DNA from: Cyanophora paradoxa CCMP329
Taxonomy: Eukaryota; Plantae; Glaucophyta
Assembly (NCBI GenBank): GCA_004431415.1
Contig: QPMI01000092.1
Coordinates: forward strand, 1 to 64,000
Direction of reading: 5' to 3'
DNA: 64,000 nucleotides
Both the position numbers and the translations under genes were made by a program. The notes below the pieces were generated by a model. That model worked only from the letters and a program-made list of their open reading frames with translations, did not search any database and was not told the DNA's origin. Shown piece after piece: positions 46,178 to 58,783 of the stretch (the first letter of the stretch is position 1; every line of letters begins with the position of its first letter).

Positions 46178-47293
46178 CTAAGAGCCCTTCTGTATCTTAG
46201 CTAGAAGGTTATTGATCATGTGCTTCATAACTGGCTGCCCGCTGCTGGTCCGCTGCATCAGTTTGCCTGTTTGCCGCCGGCGCTCCCGCTCCTTCCGCTG
46301 CAGCTCCTGCTGCCGGGCCGCGCGATCCTCCTGCTGCCTCCTCATCTCCTCCTCCTTTGCTTGCCGGATCGCCTCCCATTTCGACGCCTCCTTCTCGAAC
46401 GGATTGGGCTTGTGCTGCCGAGGCGGGTGTCCTTTTCCTTTCCTTTTGCTGCGGCCGGCGCCTTGCCCATCGCTTTCTCCTCCCGAGCCGCTGCTCTCTC
46501 CGCTTGCGGGCTGCGGCATCTTCTTCGACGACGCGCCTGAGCGTCCGCCACGCGCGGAAGCAGCAGGCCCACTCCGCGCACTCGAGCTCGCCTCGTTGCC
46601 TGCACCGTGCGCAAGTTAGTACATGTGTTATGGGAAGACAAAGCGCAAAGAGTGTCGCCGCTGCACGTCCCCGCAGCAATCGCTAGGAGAACAGAGGTGC
46701 TCGGGTTCTCAGCCGCTGGGCAGTAGCGCACCTTCTGGTGCGTGCGATGCTCTTTTCTTCTTGCTGTGGATGGTGGCAGCTTCGCGGTCTGCGGAGGGCC
46801 GCTCGATCTCGACGTCCTTGTCGCTGCCGCCCTGCCGATAGCGCGCACGGAGGTCAGAAAAGGACCACGCAGCTGCAAGATCGGGCACAGAGAGCATCTA
46901 GCGCACTTTCCCTCTAGCGCTCAGCGCGTACGCGAACCTGCTCGCTCGCGTTCTCGTTCTCTGGCTCCGAAGCGCCCGAGGACACGTTGCCCAGCTCGCC
47001 GCTCTCCCCCATCCTCTTCAGCAGCTTCCTGTAATCCGCTTTCCGTTTCTGCTTCTCAACGCGCACTCTCTTCTTCGCTGCATGGCGCTCGGTCAAGATC
47101 GCAGTGCCGACCGGCGCGCTCGGCCAAGCTCACCTCGAGGCTTGAAGGTCTGGCTGCGCACGGAGAGGAAGCGATCAAGCTCGATCCCGCCCCGGCCTCC
47201 GCCGCGTCCGCCTCGACCGCCGCCGCGACCACGCCCTCCGCCGCGACCCCGGCCTCCGCCCCGCCCGCCTCCTCGACCCCCATCCGGCCTCAT
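46178..47293 (-). CDS. Fyv7/TAP26(CCDC59)-like rRNA-processing protein with N-terminal RGG tract, multi-exon
   Basis: C-terminal coiled coil ending LMQRTSSGQPVMKHMINNLLAKIQ; upstream exons RGG-rich and KRKADYRKLLKR. Internal exon structure unresolved. Confidence 0.72.
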
Positions 47294-47754
47294 TGCTTAG
47301 CTGCGTACACGCGCTGCCGATGCGTGCTTCCGGTGCGCTGGGGTGAAGTTTGGCTCAGATTGGCTGGACACGCTGGGTACACTCGTACTGGCCGGCGAGG
47401 AGGCAGCCAGAAGACTGGTGTGGTCTGGTGCGCATACGACGCGAAATCCGAGCGCCTAGCGCGTTAAATGAACGCTCAAGCAATCTAACCAGTAGCGCGC
47501 CTTCCAGGAACGATACCGCTCGATTGGGCGCGACGCCTCCGGGCATGATCGGCCGTCGTCGCGCGCATGCATGATTCAGAGAGGTGCCATATCACATCGG
47601 TGACACAGTGCGTTGCCGCTGCGAAGCCTAGCTACCCTAGCTGGATCCCGAGTCCGAGATCATGATCATGATCAGCGGTCCAGCGCGGCGCCCTGCCTCG
47701 TACGTCTGAGATCCCACTGATTCGGCTGTCCCCGCAGGCTAGAACGCCGGGCCC

Positions 47755-48867
47755 ATGGTCGGAGCTAGCGCCGCGACGCCGGGCGGGCCGCCGGCGCCGG
47801 CGGTCGCATCGCCGCCGTTCCCGCTGCTGGCGACGGTATACTTCTCTGCAGTCTGCTCATCAGACGTGGGGGAGACGCTCTGCGTCGGCGGCTCGCGCCC
47901 CGAGCTCGGCGCCTTCCAGAGTCACTGGGCCGTCGCCCTCTGGACGGACGCCGAGCGGTACCCCCTCTGGACGGGTATCGTCCAGCTTCAGCTCGAAGGG
48001 CCGGACGCGGAGGTGGAATGGCGGCTCGTGCGGCGGCGGCTCGACCACTCATTCGAGTGGGAACCCTGCGACGCGCGCCGCCTGCGCCTCTCCCCGGGTA
48101 CGTGTGCAGGACGGCTCACCCCCCTCGAGCTCCCTCCACATGTTGCCTGTACCCCTCCTGACTCGCTCCCTCGCCCTGCCTCAGGCTCGCACGTGGCGGT
48201 TCGGTGCCGGTACGGCGAGCCCGAAGTCAAGTCGACGGCCCCGGACACGGACTCCTCCGCCGCCGCCCGCTCCTGGCTCTCCCTCATGCAAACTGCAATG
48301 GGGTACCCCCCCGTGGCCTCGCCCCCCTCCCCGCTCACCCTCTTCACGCGGCGCCGGGGCGAGCGGTTCGCCGATGACCCCGCCCACTCCCCCGGAATCG
48401 ACGGTTCCGCCCGCCCCCCGTTACCCTCCAGAGTACCGCCCCTTACCCCTAGCGCCAGCTTCTATACCCCGCCGCTCCCCTCGGCCTTCTCCCCTCCGGT
48501 CCCCGAACTCAGCCGCGCCGCCTCTCCGCCCGCCCCCTCGGATCCCGCCCAGGGGCCGGCCTCCCCTACGACTCCTCGAGTCAGTTCCGAGCTCAAGCAC
48601 CAGCACCAGCCGCCAGCACAGCCTTTCGGCTCTCCCCGACCCCGCCCGGCCGCCCGGCCGCCCGACCCCGCATCTCCCCAGGCCCGGGCGCCGGGCCCCG
48701 CTTCCGCCCCCGCCCCCGCCCCGCACGCCTCGCCGCGGGGGTACGCGGCGCCCCTGCCCCCTCTCGTCCCGCCCCCGCTCCCCAAGTCGTTCAGCCTCGA
48801 CGAGCGAACTCCTCTCCTTCGAATCCCGCACGGTTCGCCTTGTACCCAGGCCTCTCGAGGCCTCTGA
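47755..48867 (+). CDS. CBM20 starch-binding domain protein with Pro/Ser-rich tail
   Basis: VYFSAVC...GETLCVGGSRPELGAF...AVAL...YPLWTG...VEWRLV...FEWEP...RRL fits the CBM20 pattern. Confidence 0.8.
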   Translation: MVGASAATPGGPPAPAVASPPFPLLATVYFSAVCSSDVGETLCVGGSRPELGAFQSHWAVALWTDAERYPLWTGIVQLQLEGPDAEVEWRLVRRRLDHSFEWEPCDARRLRLSPGTCAGRLTPLELPPHVACTPPDSLPRPASGSHVAVRCRYGEPEVKSTAPDTDSSAAARSWLSLMQTAMGYPPVASPPSPLTLFTRRRGERFADDPAHSPGIDGSARPPLPSRVPPLTPSASFYTPPLPSAFSPPVPELSRAASPPAPSDPAQGPASPTTPRVSSELKHQHQPPAQPFGSPRPRPAARPPDPASPQARAPGPASAPAPAPHASPRGYAAPLPPLVPPPLPKSFSLDERTPLLRIPHGSPCTQASRGL

Positions 48868-51800
48868 TCACGATATCTATGGGCCGCCGCAGGGGGCCCT
48901 GATCTGAACACGCCGGAGCCGAATTCGAAGTTGGAGCAAGCGCTGCCGGCGCCATACTCCTCTCTGCTGTCGGCAGTGTGCTGCGGGTGCTGCGGCTAGT
49001 ACTAGTCCCGATCCTTAAAAGCTAGCGCTAGCTATATAGTTATATAGCTTTATATATCATAGTTTATAGTTTAGCGAGCTCAGGGGACCTTCGAAACTCC
49101 GGGGCCTCAGAACTGCAGCTGCTTGCCTCGGCCGCGGGTATACTTAGCTATAGCTATAGCCTCAGGGCCTGCCGGGGGCCAGCCGGTTGCAATTGGGGCC
49201 AGCTGTTGACCAGAAAGTTATAAATAGACGGGTTGCGCACCGGACTGTGTAGCCTTCCGCAGCGATCCGAGGGGGCCGGGAGCCCTTCGAATTCGCGGGG
49301 GCGCGGCTTAATTTAAGCTTCGGCCGCCGGGCACTGCGGCGCCGGCGCTGGCGCTGGCACCCAATATTGCTGCGCTGCGGCAACTCGATTGACTTCGATT
49401 CATAGCTGTACATATAGGGCCGGAGGAAGGGCGGGTGGCCATGGGGGATATCGATGCTTATGGTCCGAGTGGGGGGGGTTCGTGAACAGGGTGTGCAGAG
49501 GGCCGGGTCGCGGCCATGGCCAGCTGCAGATCGCGGCCAGCTGCAGAAAGCTCGCGCGCGAGAGGCACCTCGACAAAACAAACGTGGCGCCTCGACAAGT
49601 GAGAAAACGCTGCGCCGAGGAGGGCGCCGTCAATTGATTACTAGTAGAGCTTCGGCCGCGGAGGGCAGGGCTAAAGATTCACGATCAAGGGTGAGGGGTG
49701 AGGGGCTAGCTATAGCTGGCATTGCGCACTGCCGCGCGCGCGCTGTGCAGCGCCGGCGACTCGCAATCGGGTCGCGATGATGAGCCTTGCAGCCTTTGCA
49801 AGTTGATTTGGAGTGAATTAAAGCTTTAAGCGTGCCGAATTTAGATCTAAATCTGCGCCATCATGATCATATGCATGCGCATCATGATCATGATCATTAC
49901 TACGGTATCGATACCGAACGTTAACGCCGTGTGACGCGCCGCGAAGCTTTAAGGCCCGCGATCGCGATCGCTATCGCTCGATCGCGAGCTCGCCGACTCT
50001 GGGGCCGAGTCGAGCTCGAGCTCGCAAAATTCGAACGTGAACGTCAACTTGAAAGTTGAAACGTTAACTTGCCACTTGAAAATGCACTGTACCCGTACCA
50101 GCACCGTTTTCAATTCGACGTCGACTCGTCGTCGACCTGACCCGACCGGTTCGAGTCCCGGACTCCCGGACTCCCGGTCGCTATTGCTCGCTAATCATTA
50201 TTGCGCATTCCGGAGCACTGCGTAACAGAGCGGCCCTCTTAGCGGGTACCAAGTACTACGGCGGAATCATTTTCTACGGTCTGCGCGTGTACCCCCCGGG
50301 CCTCGATCTATAGAACCGTACGTACGAATCGGTACGCCGTGACGATCCGATATCGATCCGCCGCGCGCCGGGGCCCGGGCGGGCCGGGCCGGGATTCGCG
50401 ATCGGGAGTCGGGACTCGGGAGTCGGGACTCGGGACTCGGGCGACTTCGGAGACACTGTGACAGCCTGGCAGTGTACGTGTACATGTGGTCCTTCGGCGC
50501 CTTCGAATTCGCCCCCCCGGGCCCCGCCCTGACCGGGCTACCGGCCGGCGGTAGGCGGCGGTAGCTACCGGTAGGCGGCCTAGTCCCAGCCTTGGAGACT
50601 CCAGCCTGGCAGCTGCGCATCTGCACTGCACAGTCTGCACTGCGGCAGGGCGCGCCGCGGCGCGGGGGCCGAGCTCGAGGGCGCGCGAGTGCAGTTCATC
50701 CAGCCATGATCCAGGTCGCGGCATTGTCGCCGCGCGCGCACTGCGGCACACGGCGCCGGCCCGGCGATCGGCACGGTCCTATCCGTGATTTCAAGTTTGA
50801 CCAAATTTGCAAATTTACGCCGAGGTACCACGTGCACGTGCGCACTGCGCACTGCCGCGGTCACTGAGTGCCCGGCCCGCGCCGGCGCCAGGCCACGCGC
50901 GCGTGCGACCGCGAGGTCGGTGTCGATGTCTGTTGCGATATACATTCCATAGCGTGCGCGGCAACCTTCAAGGGCTGTCCACGTAGAAGAATATGCTCAG
51001 CCGCAGCTCAGCGGAGCGCGAAATACTTCAAGGCTTCGGCGTTTCATGATCGACAGCTTTGATCAAACTAGCGTAGTCCTGTATGTATATATGCATTGCG
51101 CGCGACCTTCGGCGAGCATAGATATGTATTCAGCCACGTGCACGTGCACGGCTGCACAGCGTGTGAGGCCACTAGGGGGGCAAAAACGGCCGACTTTTGA
51201 AACTTTTTAAAAACCATGCCAAACATGTCGGGAGACCCTCCCGACACCCCCTGTGCACGCTCGCTTTTTTTTGAAATTATCGAAATATCAGCCTTTTCCG
51301 GGCATTATCTGGGGGGGGGAGGAACCAGAACCGAACTTGGCGGATTCGAACCGGGCTAAACGTTCGGCGACCGCCGGCGAGGCAGCCAGCGCTCCGGCGG
51401 CGGCGGGCACGTGAAGATCAACGGGAAGTGGAAGTGGGTCCCCAAAGCCGGCGGCAAGAAGGACGCAGCAGTGAAGCAGACTGCTGCAGCCACCAGCGAG
51501 GGTTCGTCAGCGCTCGCAACAAGGAACCGTCGTGTTGTCGCTCTAGCGCCTATCAATGCGGAGCGTTTGCGCAACTTTCGCCCTCCGGACACTGCTAGTA
51601 TTCTATGGGCGGCGATTTGATGGGGGCCGTCGTCTCCACTCCACTCCGGAATGAAGCGAGCGGCCCCAGACCGCTTCTCTAACGCTCATAGTGCTAGCTT
51701 AAGCCCGTTTGCGCTGCTGACGAGCCGGCGCGCAGCGAGGACTTGATCCGCGCGAGACTTGATCCGAGCGCAGCCACGCCGCAGCGGAGGAGCGCAGCCC

Positions 51801-52122
51801 AACCACGCCGCAGCGGAGGAGGCTCATGCCTAACATGAGCATCTCGGAACGGTGCGTGTCGAGGCCCCGCTCCGCCGCGCTCGCGCGCCCCGGCCTAACT
51901 GGATCCAGCCCCGCGCGCCTCTCGCAGGCCTCGAGTCGCCATGGCATCTTTCGCCGCCTCCGAGACCGCGCACCGCTCGCCCGCATTGCGGAGGTCCCGC
52001 CAAGCCTCCGCTTCGTGGCCCGCCTCGCCACAGGCAGATGCGCTCTCGTGTGCAATCAAGCATGTCATGCGGTTCTTGATGGCATGGCTGCGACGGCGGG
52101 GCGGGGCGGGTTGAGATGTCTG

Positions 52123-55100
52123 TTCAAAGTTGACCTCGCGCAGCACCTCCGACTGGTCCTGGAAGCGCCGGCTCGCCGAGGTATCACATCTTTCTCGTTC
52201 TTCGATGGGCTCGAATACAAAGTGTATGACTCCGAAGAGCAAGTCTGTCCCTTTGCCCGCCAGCACATGCACGCCTGGACCAAGCGCAGAGCACCCCTAA
52301 CGGCCCGCCTCGACCCGCTAGGTCTCCCGCTAAGCGAATGCGCCCGGGACCCCCGCCTCTGGCAGCGACTGCACGCGCCGCGGGACGACATAGATGCAGC
52401 CCTATTCGATAGCCTACTGAATCGCACGGAGGACACGGAGCTGGGCAGAATCATTGGCTCGCTGAGAAACGGGGCGGCAGGGCCCTCGGGCCTCTCGAAT
52501 GAAATGATTAAGATGCTGTGGAGTGACCCTGTCCTCCCCAAGAAAACGCTCGAAGAGCTGAAGAAAGCGGGCCTGGACACCTCGGCCCTCCAGTCCGAAA
52601 ACAGAACGCCAACCTGCAGGCGGCTTCTACTGGTGACGGTCAACCTGATTCTAGAGCTCGGAGCTGTTCCTGAACCTCTGCTCTACGGAAATATCTGCCT
52701 GATCCCGAAGAGCGGGGAATGGGACGGGCACCCTGACAACGTCAGACCGATAACACTGCAAGAATGCGCCCTGAAACTGGTAACAGCTCTTCTCACGGAT
52801 AGACTCTCCAGGATCATCCGAAAGAACGAACTACTGAAGGGCGCAAACTACGCCTTTACACGTGGTAAATCGACGGACGAGCCGCTCTACATGATGCGCG
52901 CATTACTTGAAGATGCGAAACAGTTCTCTAAACCGATCTACCTGCTCCTCCTTGACATCCGTCGAGCCTACGACAGCGTGAGCTGGCCCAGCATGGCGAT
53001 GGCCCTCCGCCGCCTCCGCATCCCTGAGAAGTACATTCAGCTGTACGAACAGCTCACGACGCGGCGCAAGGCATCGGTCCTCACCGGGTACGGCCCCACC
53101 GAACCGTTCGATGTCGAGTGCGGGCTTCCCCAGGGGGTACGGAATCGCCTATCCACTGGCTCATCTTTTACGATGTCTTCCTTACGGCCCTGCGCGAAGT
53201 CAGCGCGGCGGAGGGTACAACATACCGCATGGGGCCCGGGATCGCACCTCGCCCGGCCCCCCCGCCAGCTCACCGCCTCCGGGCTCACCTCCCCGACGTT
53301 GACTCGCCAGGGCAGGCCTACGCGGACGACACCGTGCTCATCAGCTCGTCCGCGCGGGGGTACAACTGCATGCGGACCTGGTATCGGAATTCTTCTGGAT
53401 CCACGATATCGCCCTGAACGCGAAGAAGACTGAGTTCACTTATAACAACGTATCTCCCGAGCCCAAACCGCCCCTCCTTGGCCCGCCTGGGGCTAAGGAG
53501 CGTGCGCACCACGTCCTGCCTCCGACGAAGCCCTTCAAGTTCCTGGGGGTCTGGTTTACCGCGGACCTAAATTGGAGGCATCAGTTCGAAGCGGTCTACA
53601 CGATGGCGCAGACCGCCTGCGCGATCCTCAAGAAAAAGAAGCTCACCGCAAAGGAAGCAGTGTACATTGTGAACAGCGTACTCATCCCGCGCATCACGTA
53701 CGCCTGCAAGGTTGTCGCGTACACCGAGCGCCAGTGCGCCCAGATAGATACCCTGTGGATGACGCTAGTCAAGCATCAGGCGCGCCTCCGCCGCTCGGCG
53801 CCCAACGCCCTAATATGGAGCCGCGGATTCTATGGGCTGAAGCGCCTGGCAGACGAGCAGCTCGCCATACACGTCCTAGACGAAACAATCCGCGCGAACC
53901 ACCCGACGCTTCGCCCGTATCTCCTCCACCGCGTGTTCGCGGCGCAGGAAAAGCTATGCCTTCCTCTCCCCCGTACTGCTATCCGAACCTAGATCCAGGC
54001 CCGGCCCTCCGGCGCGATCATCTAGCCCTCGCTATAGCCCGAAATATGAATGCGGAGGGCTACATCCTCGACTCGGGAAGGTCGCACCTGACTCCGGCCC
54101 TCCCGCATCCTCGACTCGAACGAAGATTCGTCCTCACTACGCTTCTACCGCCAGCCCTCCTCCGCAGCGCCGCGCCGTTCCTGTGGGAACACGATCTGCT
54201 GACGGCGGCGGACATCACGGGCCCGGACGGGCGCACCGTTCTGGACTGGGCGAGCCTCTGGGGCAGCGGCCGCGTCCGCCAGCGTCTCAGCCGGGCGCCG
54301 TCGTGGTTCCCAGACTTCCTCCGCGCAATCTGCGAGCCCGCCCCGCCGAGGAAGCTCCCACGCTCCCTGCGCTTCCCCATGCACGTGCTCAAGCAGGGGG
54401 CGCGGCGCCAGCAGACGCTTTTCGAAGCGAACCTGATGAGCCCGCCGTACGTGGAGGGACAGTTCGCCTGGCACCCGCAGGGCTACCTGACGCGCATCGT
54501 TAGCAAATGGGAGGAGCGCGATGAAGACGATGGGCGCCTCCGCGTGTACGTCCGCCTGGAACATTGGATCTGGCGCGACCGCACGATCCGCGACGGCGAC
54601 GGGGAGGGCGCCGCCCGATTCTACAAGTGCACGATGCTCAAAGATGAGTGCGATGCGCGGTACACGACGGACGATGCGACAGCCAAGGCGGCGCGCCAGC
54701 GCTGCGACCACTCTGAGCCGGAGTCAGGCGCCTGCCAGTGGACCGAGGACTCCATCCACATTCACCCGGCCCGCCTCCTCGAGCTAATCACCCCGGCGAC
54801 CCGCACGCGGAAGCACGAACCGTACGCGGTTGTGAAGCTAGAGAGTCAGGAGTGGTGGACCGAGTTCCGCACGACGCTCTTCCTTCCTCCGTGGGAACGC
54901 GATTGGGATTACGAAGCGGATCCCTCCGCGCAGCCCCAGCCGCCGTCGGGCTACAAGCAACGCCGCCCGGGTACAGTGCCACCGCGCACCGCACCGCCTG
55001 TATACCCGGATCGCCAGCCTCTCGAGCACTTTCTCATCGACCCGGAGCCCCTAGCCGACCCGTTCTGGAACCTCGTAGCCCAGGAGCTTCGCCGCGAGGA

Positions 55101-57752
55101 GCTCCCCGCTGCCCGGCCCCGAGAGTGGCGGCGACCGATGCCAGCACAACGGGGTTCGGATCCGAGGCGGCGCTAACGGCTTACGCGGGTGTCTGGACCC
55201 GGGACCACGAGCAGAACGCGGCGCACTCCCCAGCGGATCGGCAGCGGGAAGCCCAGCGCCGCAGCGAAGGTATACAGCTGAAAAACCAGCTGCTGCGTGA
55301 AGCCGATGCATGCGCAGAAGATGACGCCCCACAGGCGGCGGCCCTGCGGGAGCTCGCCGAAGCCATCCCCACGGACGGCAGCGACTTCTTTGTCGCCCCG
55401 TGCCCGGGCACTGTCAACAACAACAAAGGCGAGCTCCTCGCCGTCCTCACGGCCTTCTTAAAGTCGCCCGAGGGCTGCACAGTTAAGACAGACAGCTCGA
55501 CGGCGATGTCACTCATCCGCCGCTCTGTCCTGCACCGCGCTGACTCGACGGTCCGCAGCGGCCTTCGCACCAACTTCTCGCACCATCTGCGAGCGGCTGC
55601 AGAAGTCCATCAGCACCGCAGAGCCCTCGCCGCCGCCGCCGGAAGGCCACCCGCCGAGGTCCGCGTACAGAAGGTGAAGGCGCATCAGAAAGAGTACACT
55701 GACCGGCTTGCGCCTGTCGCCCCGGCAGAGCCCGAGACGGACAGCGATGCGGACGACTCCGGATCGTACGTGTCCTACCTCTCCGCCCCGGACGACCTCC
55801 CCCCCGAGCCCTCTGACGCCGAGCTTATCGCCAAATTCGGCGAGGGACAAGGGGTGTACGCCGGGCGCCCGAACCCGCTTTCGGGCGCTTATAACTACCT
55901 GTCCGAGCACATCCGTGCGCGCACTGCTCACCTCCGCCGCCGCGAGACTCGACGCATTCTCCACCAGATCGAACGTCAGACCCGCAAGGCGCGCCGGGAG
56001 GAACGCCAGCGCCGTCGAGACGCGCTCGCGGCTCTCGGGCCCCACGTTCCCGCCCTCGCCGGCCTCCCGATCGCCCAACGCATGGAGAGGGTACTGAATG
56101 ATGCGTACGACCGGGATAACCACCGAGCCGACCGCCTCGCCGCAGCGGCGCTCGCCCTGCACCCCTGCGCCCCGTTCTCCAAGGCCTGCAGCGATGGCCA
56201 CGGCCTCAATGCCTGGGCTGACGTCGAGAGCGCCACCTGGCAGGCAGATCCCGCAGTCGCATCCGACCCCGCCGTCTCGGCTGCCGCAAAACGTGCATGG
56301 CTAGCACGGCGTGAGCCCCTCTTTCCCCCCGGCGGGTTCGAGTTCGTCCTCCTCTTCTCACCCCCCCGCAGGAGCCTGGAGGGGTACGACTCCAGCAGAG
56401 CGTACCGCGTCGAGTCCGACCCCCGGGCCCACGTCCGCGCCGTCTGCGAAATGCGTAACTTCGTGCGGCTGACGTCGCTTGAATCCTCGTGGCTCGGCGC
56501 CCCGGCCGACCGGGCACGGCTCGCGCGCGAATTCCGTAAGCAAGGCGCCTCCCGCGACGCGTCAGCCCCGTTCAATGCCCGCCTTGCGCAGCTCACCAAA
56601 TTCAGCATGGAACTCGCGCCCCTCCTACCTGTCCGTGCCCGCGATGCCCCACACCTCTACGGCAACATCAACCCGCAAGGCCTGTGCGTACGCCCTGGGT
56701 GCGCTCGCGTCGCCGACGCCTCCGGCGGCCCCATCCCGGCACCCCCCTGGGCACCGAGGCGCGACCCAGGAGCCGCCGCAACCGCAGACCGCGACCCCCC
56801 GCCGGCGCTCCACAGCGCGAGTCAACCCGAGACCCACGACCACGCCTTCGGCCTTTGTTCGGCATCGCAAGCGGCCCGGCTCGCTATGCAATCCAAGATT
56901 TACAACCTCCTCCACACAACGATCACCACGCAGAGACTAAAGTCGGCCGCAACGAGGTACGAGCTCCCGGACGGCCTGAAGTCGGACGGCCTGTTCCTCC
57001 GCGACCTATTTCCCGCCTTCGCCCTCGCTGACGAACGCCGCTGGCGTCAGACCGTGCACGAACGCTCGCGACCCGGGCCTGTACCCCCCCACCTCCGTGC
57101 CTGTCTCTACGGCTCCCCCTCCCGCTGGCTGACTCACGGACAGGCCCTTTTCACGGACCTCTCGCACGACTCGCCCCGCCTGTCCGTCCGGCTGCTCCTC
57201 CCCCGCAGTCTGGTCCCGGCCCTCGAGTACCTTCATGTTTGCGCCCCCGCTGCTCGTAAATGCGCGAACGGGATCTTTGATGTACTTGTGACGGGGCTCC
57301 AGGAGATTTGGCAGGCGCGAAACTCGGACGTCCAAGCCTGGCAGCGCCGCTGTGGCCTCACGCGTCGGACTCTGACGGCGCCCCGACCCCCGCCAGCAAC
57401 AGACCCCGCGGCCCGCCGAAGAAGCCGCCGCGCCCGGGAGACACGCCCTCAGCCGGACCCGAACCCGCAGCCCGCACCCGTAGTGCTGGTCAGTAGTATT
57501 CCGGTACCCCCAAGCGTACCGGAACGCGCCCGTCTCCAGCCGACGGCAGCGCCAGCGCGCGATGCGCACTCAGCAGTAGGCCGGTCGAGCACAGACCGTC
57601 CAGCTTGCCCGCCCTCCCCGCCCGACGCCCATGACCTGATGAATGTCGCCGCAGACAGCCCGCACAGCCCGCCCACGAACCTCAAAGCAACCTCGCGATC
57701 GGACGCCCCTCCCGTGAGCTCAGCCCCCCAGCTTAACCCTCCACCCCCCTGA
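52123..57752 (+). pseudogene. LINE polyprotein: RT, RNase H, CCHC finger (several frameshifts; endonuclease lost by truncation)
   Basis: AAGPSG, LIPKSG, RPITL, LDIRRAYDSV, GLPQG, YADD, FKFLGVWF; RNase H ATDAS / NNKGEL / KTDS / KVKAH / NHRADRLA; C-x4-C...ETHDHAFGLC. Confidence 0.92.
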
Positions 57753-57793
57753 GCCCCCCAGCGCCTCACCCGCCGGAGCCCCGGCACTCACCC

Positions 57794-58783
57794 TTGCCCG
57801 CGGCCCCGACCCGCCCGCAGCCCAGCCCGTGGCCCCCCCTGCCGCCGTCCGAAGAGGTCCGCCTAGCGTGGGCACAGACCCGACCCGGCCCGCTAAAGCC
57901 TGCGCAGGAAGTACTCCGACAGATCTCCTCGCCGCTGCTCGGTACCTCGGGCAGCATCAACGTCACAAGGAGATCTCTCAGTCGGCTCAATGGTGAGACC
58001 TGGTTAGACGACGAGACCGTTGTCTTCTACCTCGCCCTCCTCGCCCAACTCCCTGCCCTGGCCCGCCGTCCACTAATCTTTGACTCGCTTGAGTACCCTA
58101 ACCTCTCCGCGCCAGGCCGAGGCCCCCAGCGCCTTCACAACAAGCTGGTAGCCCGCGGGGTCAGCCCGTTCGACTTCGATGTTCTGCTCTTCCCGATCCA
58201 CTCACCGGGCCACTGGACCTTCGCTGCGATCCACGTACGTGACCGTCGAGCCGAACTCTATGATGCCTACAACCTGCCAAACGCAGAGTCGGCTCGAGAG
58301 AAGCTGGCCCCGATTCTCCGCTGGCTCCAGCTCGAGCGCCGGGAACGCAACCTCCCCTCAGACGACCCCACCGCCTGGCCGCTTGCATCGGCCACCAGGT
58401 ACCCCATCCCCGAACAACGGGACCGCTTCAGCTGCGGTGTAATTGTCTGTGCCCTGGCAGACGCCCTGGTCCGGGGCCAAGAAGACGCGCTCACGGACCC
58501 CAACTCGCCCTTCGATGGCAGCAGCCGGTGCTGCGCCCACTGGCGCAGCCTCATCCTCACCCGAATCCTAGCCACAAGCCAACGGCCCCAGCACCCGGAC
58601 CCGGCCCCAGAGGTCCGCCCCAGCCCCCTCCGGCTCCGGCTCCACCCCGCCGCCGCGAGCCCCGGACCCCCGCCCCCCCACGCCCCGCCCCGCCCCCGCC
58701 TCGCCTCGCCCACCTCCGACAGGCCGACCGGAGGCGACAGGCCCTTCCTCCCGACTAGGTGCCGGCACAGCTCGACCCGGTAA
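57794..58783 (+). CDS. Ulp1/C48-family cysteine protease domain inside the LINE
   Basis: WLDDETVVFYL, LLFPIHSPGHW (His), ELYDAY (Asp), PEQRDRFSCGVIVC (Gln, Cys); likely joined to the upstream ORF via the C-run at ~57745. Confidence 0.88.
   Translation: MPAAPTRPQPSPWPPLPPSEEVRLAWAQTRPGPLKPAQEVLRQISSPLLGTSGSINVTRRSLSRLNGETWLDDETVVFYLALLAQLPALARRPLIFDSLEYPNLSAPGRGPQRLHNKLVARGVSPFDFDVLLFPIHSPGHWTFAAIHVRDRRAELYDAYNLPNAESAREKLAPILRWLQLERRERNLPSDDPTAWPLASATRYPIPEQRDRFSCGVIVCALADALVRGQEDALTDPNSPFDGSSRCCAHWRSLILTRILATSQRPQHPDPAPEVRPSPLRLRLHPAAASPGPPPPHAPPRPRLASPTSDRPTGGDRPFLPTRCRHSSTR

Noticed and set aside
51170-51620. Transposon-end-like AT-rich stretch and short Lys-rich ORF (KINGKWKWVPK)
   Set aside because: No partner terminus, TSD or recognisable domain.
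16700-51800. Hundreds of long Arg/Pro/Gly/Ala-rich ORFs in the track
   Set aside because: Shadow ORFs from very high GC content and repeats; no family motifs; the real genes here are spliced.
51826-52122. First 99 codons of the 535-aa RT ORF
   Set aside because: They lie outside the element (up to and including the left TSD); chance in-frame read-through from flanking DNA.
57794-58783. LINE Ulp1 acting as the missing maturation protease of the PLV
   Set aside because: The elements are independent insertions 40 kb apart; nothing links them, and a viral protease could lie left of the window.
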